Of a stretch of 24,292 nt of DNA, positions 10,551 to 20,861 are shown piece by piece; the stretch's first letter is position 1, and the number at the start of each line of letters is the position of its first letter. The notes beneath the pieces were generated by a model. It was given only the letters and a program-made list of their open reading frames with translations. It made no database searches and was not told where the DNA came from. Made by a program: the position numbers and the translations under genes. The stretch spans positions 1-24,292 of the forward strand of contig JAVRLY010000014.1 in the NCBI GenBank assembly GCA_031960885.1. Direction: 5' to 3'. This stretch comes from Desulfurella sp. GTDB taxonomy: Bacteria > Campylobacterota_A > Desulfurellia > Desulfurellales > Desulfurellaceae.

Positions 10551-11804
10551 GTGAAAGAAATATTTGAGATTGCCAATTTAATAGCAAAAGAACACAATAT
10601 TAACTCGCAAGCAGTTATAGAAGCACTTGCTGAAGCTATAAAGATTTCAATTGCAAAAAAATACGGTGAGGATAACGTTGTAAAAACTTCTCTTGATTTA
10701 CAAAATCAGGTTTTTAAAATATTCATAGAAAAACATGTTACGGAAAAACCAAAAAATCATAATGAAATATCACTTGAGGATGCAAGAAAAATTGATACAA
10801 ATGCAAATATAGGGGACCATATTGATGTGGAGTTTGACCCTGAAGAATTAGGCAGAATCGCTGTATCGACTGCCAAAAATGTAATGTCTAAAATGTTTAA
10901 AGATTTAGAAAAACGTGTTACATATGAAGACTACTCAAAAAAAATAGGTAAAATAGTGTCTGGTGAAATTTGGAGCGTTGGCGTATATAATGATTGCATA
11001 GTTGATTTTAAAAATGCTATTGGCATTTTACCAAAAAAAGAACAATCGCCAGGCGATAAATACATTGTGGGAGAAATGATAAAAGCTTATGTAATGGATG
11101 TTTTGGAAGAGCCAAAGGGTGTAAAACTTATTCTTTCAAGAACTCATCCTGGTTTTGTAAGAGAATTGTTTATGAAAGAGGTACCGGAGGTTCGCGATGG
11201 CAGTGTAGAAATAAAAGCTATTGCTAGAGAACCTTCAAAACGCACAAAAGTTGCAGTTTACTCTAAAGATTCAAAAATAGACCCTATTGGCACATGTGTG
11301 GGTGCAAAAGGCACTCGTATTTCTGCAATTGTTAAAGAATTAGGTGATGAAAAGGTTGATGTTATAAGGTGGAGTACCAATTTGAGTATTTACATAAAAA
11401 ATGCACTTGCACCTAGTAAGGTTTCTTATATCGAGCTTTTTGAAGATGAAAAAAGAGCAAAAGTATATGTACAAGACGAAGAGTTTTCAGCCGCCATTGG
11501 AAAAATGGGTGTTAACGCAAAATTGGTTGCCAAATTAACAGGTGTTAATATTGACATTATAAAAGAATCTGAAATGAATAAAAGTGCTTACGAAGAAAAA
11601 AGTCAAAAGACAAAAAAAGAAATTGTTGAAGAATTTATGTCTATTGAGTCCATAACAGAAAATTTGGCAAATAAGCTATATGATAGTGGCATTAGATCTA
11701 TTGAGCAACTCAAAACCTTAACGTTGGCGGATTTTGCAAACATTAAAGGCATAGGGGAGAAACGGGCTCAAAAGATCTTCGAAGTATTAAATCAAACTAC
11801 TTAG
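10551..11804 (+). CDS. nusA: Transcription termination/antitermination factor NusA
   Basis: S1 and KH domains (LSRTHPGFVRELF..EVPE, IAREP..RTKVAV, AIGKMGVNAKL) and a C-terminal HhH extension. Start GTG 10551 after GGGGG (alternative GTG 10539). Confidence 0.98.
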   Translation: MKEIFEIANLIAKEHNINSQAVIEALAEAIKISIAKKYGEDNVVKTSLDLQNQVFKIFIEKHVTEKPKNHNEISLEDARKIDTNANIGDHIDVEFDPEELGRIAVSTAKNVMSKMFKDLEKRVTYEDYSKKIGKIVSGEIWSVGVYNDCIVDFKNAIGILPKKEQSPGDKYIVGEMIKAYVMDVLEEPKGVKLILSRTHPGFVRELFMKEVPEVRDGSVEIKAIAREPSKRTKVAVYSKDSKIDPIGTCVGAKGTRISAIVKELGDEKVDVIRWSTNLSIYIKNALAPSKVSYIELFEDEKRAKVYVQDEEFSAAIGKMGVNAKLVAKLTGVNIDIIKESEMNKSAYEEKSQKTKKEIVEEFMSIESITENLANKLYDSGIRSIEQLKTLTLADFANIKGIGEKRAQKIFEVLNQTT

Positions 11805-11817
11805 GGGGTATAAGTGA

Positions 11818-13917
11818 ATGAGAGTTTACGAAGCAGCAAAAAAGCTTAATATAAAAAGTAGCGTGCTCTTGCAGAGACTGCGCAATTTAGGGTTAGATAT
11901 AAAGAGTAATTTCAGCACAATACCAGATGATGTTATAAATAAATTAGAAAATAAAGAAAAATTCCCAAAAAATATAGAAAAAAAAGAAGAGTTACAAAAA
12001 CAAAAAAAACAAAAAATTGAAGAAAAACCAAAAGAAAAACCAAAAGAAAAGCAGCCAGAATTTATAAATATCAAAAAAAAAGAGCTTATTGAAGCTTCAT
12101 TACCGCAAAAACTAAAAGGTAAAAAAAAGCATTATAAAAAAACTATTAGACAAGAGCAAGAAGAGGAGTCAAAACTTATAAAAATATCTGAAAATACTAC
12201 CGTTTTTGAGTTTGCAACGCTACTAAATGTAGATTTTTCAGAAATAATTCAAAAACTTTTTGCACTTGGCATTATGGTAAGAAAGAATGACTTCATAGAT
12301 CTAGACGCAGCAAAAATTATTGCCCAGGAATATGGTATTGAAGTTGAAGAAAAAACTTTAGAAAAAACTATACAAGAGGAAATTGAATCAGAAGACGACG
12401 AAAATGATTTGAAACCCAGGCCCCCAATCGTTACTGTAATGGGTCATGTGGACCACGGCAAAACTTCAATATTAGATGCTATTAGACATACGCACGTTGT
12501 AGCTAAAGAATCTGGTGGAATTACACAGCACATTGGTGCATACTCTGTTAATTACAGTGGTAAGCAAATAACATTTTTAGATACACCGGGACATGAAGCA
12601 TTTACAGAAATGAGAGCTCGCGGTGCGCTATTAACAGATATTGTTGTGCTTGTTGTTGCAGCAGATGATGGTGTAATGCCTCAAACAATTGAAGCTATAA
12701 ACCATGCTAAAGCTGCTAATGTGCCAATAGTAGTTGCGATTAATAAGATTGATAAGCCAAATGCTAATCCTGATAAAGTTAAACAAGAATTATCTCAATA
12801 TAAAATAATACCGGAAGAGTGGGGCGGAGAAAATTTATTTGTAAATGTAAGTGCAAAAAAAAATATAGGTATTGATGATTTGCTTGAAAGCATTCTATTG
12901 CAAGCAGAAATTATGGAATTAAAAGCAAACCCAAATAAACGCGCAAAAGGCATTGTGATTGAAGCAAAACTCAATAAACAAAAAGGTCCAGTTTGTGATG
13001 TAGTAATTCAAGAAGGAGAATTAAACTTAGGCGATAGCATTATAGCAGGCATAGCATATGGTAAAGCAAAGGTACTTATTGATGATAAAGGCAAAAGAGT
13101 TAAAAAAGCAACTGTATCTATGCCAGTTGAGATATTGGGTCTTCATGAAGTACCGGAAGCAGGGGATGTATTGTTTGTTGTTAAAGATGAAAAAATAGCA
13201 AAATCAATTTCTGAAGAGAGAAAAGAAAAATACAAGGCAAGCATACAGAAAAAAACTGTTGTTAGTCTTGAAACAGTATTTGAAAGTCTATCTTCGGGCC
13301 AAATTAAAGAATTACCAATACTAATAAAAGCTGATGTATTTGGCTCGATTGAAGCTATTTCAGCTTCTTTGCAAAAAATTTCAACACAAGAGGTTGCAGT
13401 TAAAATTATTCATTCTGGCGTTGGAGAAATTACAAAATCAGATGTAAATTTAGCAAGCGTTTCAAACGCTATTATTATTGGATTTAATGTAAGACCATCA
13501 AATGATGCACTAAAACTTGCAAATGATTTGAAAGTTGAAATTAGAACATATAAAATAATATACGATATTATAGAAGATATAAAGAAAGCACTCTCTGGAT
13601 TATTATCTCCTACAATTGTAGAGGAAATATTAGGCAGAGCAGATGTGAGGGAAGTATTTAGTGTTCCAAAAGTTGGAAATGTTGCTGGTTGTTATGTTAC
13701 ATATGGCAAAGTGACAAGAAACTCAAAAATTCGTGTTATTAGAAACGGCGTGATAATTTTTGAAGGCTCAATTGCATCCCTAAAACGATTTAAAGATGAT
13801 GTGCAAGAAGTTATTTCTGGCTACGAGTGTGGTATAAGAGTTGATAAATTCAATGATATAAATGTTGGTGATCAATTTGAATCATATATTCTAAAAGAAG
13901 TTCAAAAAACACTGTAG
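11818..13917 (+). CDS. infB: Translation initiation factor IF-2
   Basis: MRVYE N-terminus, [47 protein letters not shown]. Confidence 0.99.
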   Translation: MRVYEAAKKLNIKSSVLLQRLRNLGLDIKSNFSTIPDDVINKLENKEKFPKNIEKKEELQKQKKQKIEEKPKEKPKEKQPEFINIKKKELIEASLPQKLKGKKKHYKKTIRQEQEEESKLIKISENTTVFEFATLLNVDFSEIIQKLFALGIMVRKNDFIDLDAAKIIAQEYGIEVEEKTLEKTIQEEIESEDDENDLKPRPPIVTVMGHVDHGKTSILDAIRHTHVVAKESGGITQHIGAYSVNYSGKQITFLDTPGHEAFTEMRARGALLTDIVVLVVAADDGVMPQTIEAINHAKAANVPIVVAINKIDKPNANPDKVKQELSQYKIIPEEWGGENLFVNVSAKKNIGIDDLLESILLQAEIMELKANPNKRAKGIVIEAKLNKQKGPVCDVVIQEGELNLGDSIIAGIAYGKAKVLIDDKGKRVKKATVSMPVEILGLHEVPEAGDVLFVVKDEKIAKSISEERKEKYKASIQKKTVVSLETVFESLSSGQIKELPILIKADVFGSIEAISASLQKISTQEVAVKIIHSGVGEITKSDVNLASVSNAIIIGFNVRPSNDALKLANDLKVEIRTYKIIYDIIEDIKKALSGLLSPTIVEEILGRADVREVFSVPKVGNVAGCYVTYGKVTRNSKIRVIRNGVIIFEGSIASLKRFKDDVQEVISGYECGIRVDKFNDINVGDQFESYILKEVQKTL
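12021..12050 (+). repeat. 12-bp tandem repeat x2.5 (EKPK) in the IF-2 linker
   Basis: agaaaaaccaaa agaaaaaccaaa agaaaa; in frame, encodes [10 protein letters not shown]. Confidence 0.6.
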
Positions 13918-13926
13918 AGGGTTTAT

Positions 13927-14208
13927 TTGTTTATTGGCGTATTGATTATTGAGTTATTAATCAAAGATTCATTTAATATAAAAGATAGGAGAAATGTACT
14001 ATCAAGTATAATTCAAAAATTAAGGTTAAATTTTAATGTTTCTGTAGCTGATGTATCAAAAGATATGCTGTACAATAAGGCTACTATTGCTATTAGCACT
14101 ATTTCTAACAAAAGAAGTACGGTAGAAAATTTTTTAAATAAGATTTATAATTTTATTATGAAAAATCATACAGTAGAAATTTTGAATATAGAAAGGCAAA
14201 TACTATGA
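13927..14208 (+). CDS. DUF503 (YlxP-like) protein
   Basis: 93 aa, TTG start after GAGGG. IKDRR...FNVSVADV matches the DUF503 pattern (SLKEKR...FNVSVAEV); canonical position between infB and rbfA. Confidence 0.88.
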   Translation: MFIGVLIIELLIKDSFNIKDRRNVLSSIIQKLRLNFNVSVADVSKDMLYNKATIAISTISNKRSTVENFLNKIYNFIMKNHTVEILNIERQIL

Positions 14209-14561
14209 ATAATACAAAACCATACAAAAGAACGCAAAGAGTATCAAGCACACTAAAAAAAATTATATCGAATGTAATAGAGTTTGAATTGAACGATGAA
14301 AGGCTAAAAAATGTTACAATAACGGATGTGGAATTAAGTAAAGATTTAAAATATGCAAAAATTTACTTCAGTTCTCAACTGAGTCCACTGTCAAAAGAGG
14401 AAATTACTATATTGATTAATAAATCAAGTAGTTTTATAAGCAAAAAAACATTTGAGAAAATACAAATGAGAGTTATTCCTGTATTGAATTTTATCTACGA
14501 TAAATCCATAGAAAATGGTTTAAAAATTGAAGATATATTGAGGAAAATCAAAAATGAATGA
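14205..14561 (+). CDS. rbfA: Ribosome-binding factor A
   Basis: RTQRV, VTITDVELSKDLKYAKIY, MRVIPVLNFIYDKSIENG. Confidence 0.97.
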   Translation: MNNTKPYKRTQRVSSTLKKIISNVIEFELNDERLKNVTITDVELSKDLKYAKIYFSSQLSPLSKEEITILINKSSSFISKKTFEKIQMRVIPVLNFIYDKSIENGLKIEDILRKIKNE

Positions 14562-15513
14562 GAAAATTTTGGAACAAATTGGAAATTATCTTAAAAGCTA
14601 CAATGATTTTCTAGTTGTTGGACACAAAGACCCAGATGGAGACGCCATAGGTTCAAGCTTAGCTTTATATAAAGCTCTAAAAGAGATTGGTAAAAATGCA
14701 ATAGTAGCCAATATTTCTAAAATTTCAGATTTATACTTTTTTTTGGATGATGTAAAAAATATAAAATTGCTTCAAAATAATGAAAAAGCACAGGTAATAG
14801 TGACAGTTGATAGTGCTGACTTTGAACGAACGATGCTTGATAGGGAATATGTAAAAGATAAAATTTTGATAAATATTGATCATCACCCAACAAACACTTA
14901 TTTTGGAAATATTAATTATGTTGTTCCACAGGCTGCAGCTGTAGGTTGCTTGATATATCAAATTTTTAAATTTAATAACATAGAAATAAGCCTAAAAACT
15001 GCGGAATATTTATATTTAAGTATATTAACAGATACTGGTTCTTTTAGATACTCATCAACAAGCTCAAATGCTTTTAAAATTGCATCAGAGCTTATAGATA
15101 TTGGTGTAAAGCCTTGGAATATTGCTTATAATGTCTATGAATCAAAAAAACTTACTACATTGAAACTGATGGGTCAAGTTATTAACACAATTGATACTTA
15201 TTATAATAATAAACTAACAATAATGCACGTCAGTCAAAAAATGTATGCAGATACAAATACAGACTCAGATGACACAGAAGGTTTTGTAAATATTGCAAGA
15301 AGCGTAAAGGGTTGTGAAGTAGGCGCACTTTTAAGGGAAGATAAGCCAAATTATATCAAAGTAAGTCTACGTTCTAAAGCTGATGTTGATGTTTCAAAAA
15401 TTGCACTAGATTTTGGCGGTGGTGGGCATAAAAATGCTGCTGGTTTTGAGCTAAACGGCAGCATAGAAGAAGTAAAGAAAAAGCTTGTTAAATCGTTTTC
15501 TTTTTTAGAATGA
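14554..15513 (+). CDS. nrnA: DHH/DHHA1 bifunctional oligoribonuclease/PAP phosphatase NrnA
   Basis: HKDPDGDAIGS, NIDHH, TDTGSFRY, VSLRS, FGGGGHKNAAG; usual position after rbfA. Confidence 0.92.
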   Translation: MNEKILEQIGNYLKSYNDFLVVGHKDPDGDAIGSSLALYKALKEIGKNAIVANISKISDLYFFLDDVKNIKLLQNNEKAQVIVTVDSADFERTMLDREYVKDKILINIDHHPTNTYFGNINYVVPQAAAVGCLIYQIFKFNNIEISLKTAEYLYLSILTDTGSFRYSSTSSNAFKIASELIDIGVKPWNIAYNVYESKKLTTLKLMGQVINTIDTYYNNKLTIMHVSQKMYADTNTDSDDTEGFVNIARSVKGCEVGALLREDKPNYIKVSLRSKADVDVSKIALDFGGGGHKNAAGFELNGSIEEVKKKLVKSFSFLE

Positions 15514-16223
15514 ATGGTATTTTGCTAATAGACAAGCCAAACGGAATTAGATCTTTTGATGTAGTTAAAAAAGTAAAGAAAAAATTTGATGGTAAAATAG
15601 GACACAGCGGCGTTTTAGATAAATTTGCATGTGGTTTAATGGTTATTGGAATAGGAAAAGCTACTAAATTGTTATCTTTTTTTGAAAGAGGTTACAAAGT
15701 ATATAAAGCAAAGATAATTTTTGGGTATGAAACAGATACACTTGATATTACTGGGAAAATTATTTATAAAAATGACTATAATCCTAAACTTTATGAAATA
15801 ATAGGAACCATAAAGCGAAATTTTGTTGGTAAAATTGAGCAAACTGTACCGATATATTCTAATGTTAAGGTTATGGGCAAAAGATTATACAAATATGCAC
15901 TCTCAAATGAAAATATCGTGCTTCCAAAAAGAACAGTTTATATATCAAATATACAAGTTTTAGATTATAAAGATGCTACATTAGAGATCAAAGTTGTTTG
16001 TTCAAAAGGTACATATATTAGAGCTCTCTCAAGGGATATTGCAAGATCTATAAATGCTTTTGCAACTGTTAGCTACTTAGAAAGGCAATATATTCATCCA
16101 TTTAGTATAAACGACGCTACAATGTTGTCTTGCATCGAATATAGTCATATTATACCTATTGAAAAAGTAAAATATATAACTAATATATATGCGATGGAGG
16201 TGTATAATGGATTCACACATTAA
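15510..16223 (+). CDS. truB: tRNA pseudouridine(55) synthase TruB (short form)
   Basis: NGILLIDKP, GHSGVLDKFACG with the catalytic Asp kept, ETDTLD, CSKGTYIRAL. 237 aa, no C-terminal PUA domain. Confidence 0.93.
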   Translation: MNGILLIDKPNGIRSFDVVKKVKKKFDGKIGHSGVLDKFACGLMVIGIGKATKLLSFFERGYKVYKAKIIFGYETDTLDITGKIIYKNDYNPKLYEIIGTIKRNFVGKIEQTVPIYSNVKVMGKRLYKYALSNENIVLPKRTVYISNIQVLDYKDATLEIKVVCSKGTYIRALSRDIARSINAFATVSYLERQYIHPFSINDATMLSCIEYSHIIPIEKVKYITNIYAMEVYNGFTH

Positions 16224-16596
16224 AATAAAAAGTTGGTGCAAAGAATATCCAGGTGAGAGACCACCAAGATTTTTAAGGGCTTTTTTGCTTTTTTTTATTG
16301 GCAATGAAGAGTCGCATGGATACGACTTAATTGAAAAACTAAAAGATATGGGCATACATTATGAAAATTATGAGTTAGGCTATGTATATAAAACACTGCG
16401 TACAATGGAAAAAGAAGGCCTTATTAAATCAAAGTGGAACTTACAAGAAAAAGGTAATGCTAGAAGAATTTATACTATCACAAAACCAGGCAGAGACCAT
16501 TTAGATAAATGGGTAGAAATACTTACAAATCTGCGTGATAGCATAAATAGCTTTCTAAACGAATACGAAAGAATATATAAAGAGAAAAAAAATTAG
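16207..16596 (+). CDS. PadR-family transcriptional regulator (PhaQ-like subgroup)
   Basis: SHGYDLIEKL...VYKTLRTMEKEGLIKSKW...ARRIYTITKPG. Start ATG 16207 after a GGAGGTG SD (track start 16189). Confidence 0.9.
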   Translation: MDSHIKIKSWCKEYPGERPPRFLRAFLLFFIGNEESHGYDLIEKLKDMGIHYENYELGYVYKTLRTMEKEGLIKSKWNLQEKGNARRIYTITKPGRDHLDKWVEILTNLRDSINSFLNEYERIYKEKKN

Positions 16597-16602
16597 CATC
16601 AC

Positions 16603-17784
16603 ATGTACTTAGTCTCAGTAAAATCTTTAAGGCCAAATGATGTATTAGGCAAAGCTATTATAAATGAAAAAGGGCAAGTACTTTTAAACAAGGGTGTAAA
16701 ATTAGATGAGCATTACATAAATATTTTGGACAAATACGGTTATCAATTCGTTTATCTTGAAGATGATGATACAAAAGATATTGTTGTGTGCGATGAAATA
16801 AATGATGAGCTTAAAACAAAAGCTATTAAAACAATAAAAAAAGTTTTTGACACTGTATCACCAACAAAAGAAGATAATGTAAATGATTTTAAAGAAATTA
16901 TCAAAAAAATTGAAAAAGGCGAAATTCAAAAGAAGTTGGCAGATTCGCCTTTTATTAAATCCATAGAATCTATAGCTTTCGATATTGTAAATTCAATATT
17001 TGATGTAAATATATTAAGTGGCATGTTAAGCATTAAAAGACAAGATAGTTTTACATACCAACATAGTCTTGATGTTACTATTCTTTCTGTAGGGCTTGCA
17101 AGCAAACTATTGTATACAAAAAAGAAGCTTACAGAATTGGCAAAAGGTTGTTTATTGCACGATATAGGTAGGATTTTAATAAATAAAAGCCTATATACTC
17201 AGCCTAGAAAATTGTCTGACGAAGAATTTGATTTAATCAAAAAACATCCGCAGATAGGCTATTTAGTACTTAAAGATGTTACGCAAGTAGGCATAATAGC
17301 TTCTCATATAACGTATCAACACCATGAACAACAAGATGGTTTTGGTTATCCAAGAGGCCTAAAAGGAAATAACCTTCTGCCAGTGCCAGACAAAACAATA
17401 GAAGATGGTTATATTATGCCACTTGCCGAGATTGTTTCTGTGGCTAATATATATGATGCTTTAGTGTCGCCAAGGGTTTATAGATCAGCATATACGCCTG
17501 ATCAAGCGTTTTTTATAATGAAAAGAATAGCTGGTACACAGATTAATAAAGAAGCCTTTAGAGCGTTTTCTGATATGATACCAGTATATCCATTGGGTAC
17601 AACTGTATATATTTTAAATGGAAGATATAAAAATTTTATAGGTGTTATTTCAAAAATTAATAATGAGAATTTAACTCGTCCTACTATTAGACTATTGTAT
17701 AATGCGTCAAAAAAGAGAATAACTCCGTTAGAAATTGATTTAATAAAAAACCCATTGATAAATATCGCTGGCGTTATTATTTGA
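16603..17784 (+). CDS. HD-GYP domain protein (cyclic-di-GMP phosphodiesterase family)
   Basis: TYQHS, LLHDIG, IKKHPQIG, HHEQQDGFGYP, YDAL...RVYR, C-terminal YPLGT extension. Confidence 0.92.
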   Translation: MYLVSVKSLRPNDVLGKAIINEKGQVLLNKGVKLDEHYINILDKYGYQFVYLEDDDTKDIVVCDEINDELKTKAIKTIKKVFDTVSPTKEDNVNDFKEIIKKIEKGEIQKKLADSPFIKSIESIAFDIVNSIFDVNILSGMLSIKRQDSFTYQHSLDVTILSVGLASKLLYTKKKLTELAKGCLLHDIGRILINKSLYTQPRKLSDEEFDLIKKHPQIGYLVLKDVTQVGIIASHITYQHHEQQDGFGYPRGLKGNNLLPVPDKTIEDGYIMPLAEIVSVANIYDALVSPRVYRSAYTPDQAFFIMKRIAGTQINKEAFRAFSDMIPVYPLGTTVYILNGRYKNFIGVISKINNENLTRPTIRLLYNASKKRITPLEIDLIKNPLINIAGVII

Positions 17785-19399
17785 GGTCTTTTTCCGCTTT
17801 GTATATTCCAATGCCCAAAATTATTATGATTATCAATGGTATAAGCAGCTTTAAAGGTATACCAAAAAAAGTTTTTTCAAAGTGATATCGGGTTAAAATT
17901 GAAGTGCCAAGAATAATTGAGCTTATTATCAAGCTGATACCGATTTGTCTTGAAACAAGTCGGATAGTGTTTATCAGTCTATCCAAACCTTTAATTTCTA
18001 TTTCTACTTTAATGTGGTCGCTTTCAAAAATATTTTCAACCTTTTTAAATAAAAAAGGTATTTTATTAGCCAAAATTGCATAAGTTGCATTTGGTTGCAA
18101 AATTTTTTTGAAAATTTTAAAAGGTGAGTAAAGCTTTTTCGCAAAACTTTCAAAGTATGGTTTAGCTATTTCTGTGAAGTTAAAGTCTGGATAAAATTGT
18201 CTTCCAACGCCGTCTGCAATAATAATTGCCCTAAGCAATCTCAACGAGTTTTTACTTATGATAATGTTGTATTTTTTAAGAATTTTAAATAAATCCCTCA
18301 AAACTTTAGATATATCAATTCTTTTTAGTGGTAGCGAATGGTATATATCAATTAATTCAAGTATGTCTGATTTTAAATAAGCATTGTTTAAAATATTGGT
18401 ATTCATTGTGAAATTTGAAACAGATATTAAAATTTTATCTGCGTCTTTTTGTATGAAACCTAATATCATTTCTATTAGATTTAACTTATCTTCTTCTGTA
18501 ACCCTGCCAACCATGCCGTAATCTAAATAACAAATTTTACCATCACGCATTATAATAATATTGCCAGGGTGAGGATCTGCATGAAACAAACCAATATCAA
18601 ATATTTGTGTCCAAAAAACTTTTGCACCCTCTGTAGCCAATTTTTCTGTGTTAAAACCTGCCGCTTTTATTGAATCGATATTAGTTGCTTTATATCCATC
18701 TATAAACTCCATAGTTAGGATATTGCGTGAAGTATATTCCCAGAAAACTTTTGGAACGTATATGTTTTTAAATTGACTTAAGTTGTCTTTGAATGTTTGC
18801 ATGTATTGAGCTTCAATTTCATAATCCAGTTCTTTTTTGATTGTTTCTTCGAATTCTACAATAAATGGTTTTATCTCAAAATTAAAATAGAGCTTCAATT
18901 TGGAATTTAAATAATCACCAATCTGTTTTAATAATTCAATATCTGCTTGTATAATTTTTTCTATATTCGGTCTTTTTATTTTAATTGCTACAGTTTGTCC
19001 ATTTTTTAAAATTGCTTTATGCACTTGACCCAGTGATGCGCTTGCTTCTACATCTTCACTGAAATGAGAAAAAATTTCATTTAAAGGTTTTTTATACTCT
19101 GCTTCTATGATAGCTTTAACTTTGCTGAATTCAAAAGGTGCTACATTATCTTGGAGTTTTTTTAATTCTTCAATAAATTCATATGGCAAAATATTTTCTT
19201 GTGTTGATAACAATTGCCCAAACTTTACAAACGTAGGACCTAATTCTTCAAGTAGCTTTCTAAATTGTTCTGGGTTTGTAGAAGGTCGAGTTTTATTGAT
19301 TTTTACATTTTTTGCAACATAACCAAACCCATATTTTGCAAGTATAAGAGAAATTTGACGGAAACGTTTTATGTTTCCAAACGTTCTTCTTATTTCCAT
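17777..19399 (-). CDS. ubiB: UbiB/AarF (ABC1) family atypical kinase-like protein
   Basis: LGPTFVKFGQLLS, LQDNV, ASASLGQVHKA, VAIKIKRP, ELDYEIE, FHADPHPGN, LDYGMVG; two C-terminal TM helices. Confidence 0.9.
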   Translation of the reverse strand: MEIRRTFGNIKRFRQISLILAKYGFGYVAKNVKINKTRPSTNPEQFRKLLEELGPTFVKFGQLLSTQENILPYEFIEELKKLQDNVAPFEFSKVKAIIEAEYKKPLNEIFSHFSEDVEASASLGQVHKAILKNGQTVAIKIKRPNIEKIIQADIELLKQIGDYLNSKLKLYFNFEIKPFIVEFEETIKKELDYEIEAQYMQTFKDNLSQFKNIYVPKVFWEYTSRNILTMEFIDGYKATNIDSIKAAGFNTEKLATEGAKVFWTQIFDIGLFHADPHPGNIIIMRDGKICYLDYGMVGRVTEEDKLNLIEMILGFIQKDADKILISVSNFTMNTNILNNAYLKSDILELIDIYHSLPLKRIDISKVLRDLFKILKKYNIIISKNSLRLLRAIIIADGVGRQFYPDFNFTEIAKPYFESFAKKLYSPFKIFKKILQPNATYAILANKIPFLFKKVENIFESDHIKVEIEIKGLDRLINTIRLVSRQIGISLIISSIILGTSILTRYHFEKTFFGIPLKLLIPLIIIIILGIGIYKAEKDLK

Positions 19400-19947
19400 C
19401 TTTTATAAATATCGTTTTCTATGCCAGTAATATCCAATATTTTGCCAATAACAAAATTTACTAAATCATCAATTGTTTGTGGTAAGTTATAAAAAGCGGG
19501 AATTGGTGGAGCAATATTAACACCAATCTTCGATAATTTTAGCATATTTTCTAAATGTATTTGAGAAAAAGGCATTTCTCTAGGACAAATTGTTAGTGTT
19601 CGCTTTTCTTTGATAGCTACATCGCAAATTCTTGTAATTAAATTATGCGAAAAACCAGTGGCAATAGATGATAATGTTTTAACTGAGCATGGTATGATAA
19701 TCGTTTTGTCTACCAAAAAAGAACCGCTTGCAATTGGAGCGAAAAAATCATCGTCTTCAAAGTATTCAACGCTTATTTTTCTTAAAAAATCAACTAGGTC
19801 AATATCTAATTCAGCTTTAGCTATTTTAATGGCATTTTTTGAAGCAACAACATACAAATCGTATTTGTTAACATAGTGCAAATATTCCAAAATTTTTTTT
19901 GCATATATCAAACCGCTTGCACCACTTATGCCAATAGAAATTTTCAT
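19390..19947 (-). CDS. ubiX: Flavin prenyltransferase UbiX
   Basis: GISGASG, APIASGSF, PCSVKTL, DVAIKEKR, PREMP, PAFYNLP. Confidence 0.96.
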   Translation of the reverse strand: MKISIGISGASGLIYAKKILEYLHYVNKYDLYVVASKNAIKIAKAELDIDLVDFLRKISVEYFEDDDFFAPIASGSFLVDKTIIIPCSVKTLSSIATGFSHNLITRICDVAIKEKRTLTICPREMPFSQIHLENMLKLSKIGVNIAPPIPAFYNLPQTIDDLVNFVIGKILDITGIENDIYKRWK

Positions 19948-20861
19948 TGAATTATCTCTACTTGTTTTAAGCCAATTACTCTAGCATTGCCTATTCTTTT
20001 AGAATTTAAAAATTCTATTTTTATTATATCACCTTTGTATCCTATTTGCAAAGCTTTAGCATATGTTTGTACATCAATGCCATCTTTATTATATATAGCA
20101 CTTACTGTGTCTCCAACATTTATTAACATTTGTCTTTGAGTGTTATAAAAAGTAAAAAAACTGCCTGCTTTAATGTTACCCAATGCTTTTGCGCCTATAA
20201 CTGAATCTTTGCTTGTAATAACATATGAAGGCACATAGTCAACTTTTTTAAAGCTAACATCATCTTTTGAGATTACTTGGTAGCTCCTTATATCTTCTTT
20301 TGCTATTGGTACAAATGAATCAATTTTTTTTAGATACTGTATGAAAAGATTTCTATACACTTGATTGTTAAGCATAACTGTTAATTGTATCCAGCTATAT
20401 TCACCATAGTTTTTTACGCTACTTATCATTAGATTATAATGGTTGTAAGGAAGTGCTATGGGTAATTGGGTTTGTATAATTATATCTTTTTCATTCATCA
20501 AATTTTCTATTGTATCTTTTGTAATGAGAAAAGCTTTCCTTTTTACAATTGAATAGGAACCGCATACGCTAAGATTCATATTATTGCTATTTAATATGCT
20601 CTTTAGATAATCTGCTTCGATTTTGGTTGTTTGATTGGGCATTGGCGCAAGAGATACAGGCATTTTTGCCAAATTTTTTGGATACTTTGATGCTATATCA
20701 GATAAAAAAACTCTATCTACGCCTACTTCAACATGTTTTATTAAATCGATATCACAAGCATTTACTATATTAATAAAAATAAGCAATAAACTACTGCTTG
20801 AGATTATTAGCAGTTTGCAACATTTGATCAGATGTTTGTATAACTTTTGCATTTGTTTCAT
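19944..20861 (-). CDS. flgA: Flagellar basal-body P-ring formation chaperone FlgA (start uncertain)
   Basis: Directly after flgG. VFLSDIA N-terminal motif, SAF-like region, and C-terminal LINVGDTV...[16 protein letters not shown] typical of FlgA. Start may be ATG 20861, ATG 20852 or TTG 20786. Confidence 0.8.
   Translation of the reverse strand: MKQMQKLYKHLIKCCKLLIISSSSLLLIFINIVNACDIDLIKHVEVGVDRVFLSDIASKYPKNLAKMPVSLAPMPNQTTKIEADYLKSILNSNNMNLSVCGSYSIVKRKAFLITKDTIENLMNEKDIIIQTQLPIALPYNHYNLMISSVKNYGEYSWIQLTVMLNNQVYRNLFIQYLKKIDSFVPIAKEDIRSYQVISKDDVSFKKVDYVPSYVITSKDSVIGAKALGNIKAGSFFTFYNTQRQMLINVGDTVSAIYNKDGIDVQTYAKALQIGYKGDIIKIEFLNSKRIGNARVIGLKQVEIIQ

Noticed and set aside
11826..12074. 82-aa Phe/Ser-rich minus-strand ORF with FSFGFSFG repeats
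   Set aside because: Reverse complement of the Lys/Glu-rich IF-2 linker and its EKPK repeat.
17777..17784. Convergent 8-nt overlap of HD-GYP and ubiB with no terminator
   Set aside because: Common in compact genomes using Rho-dependent termination; no evidence of antisense regulation.
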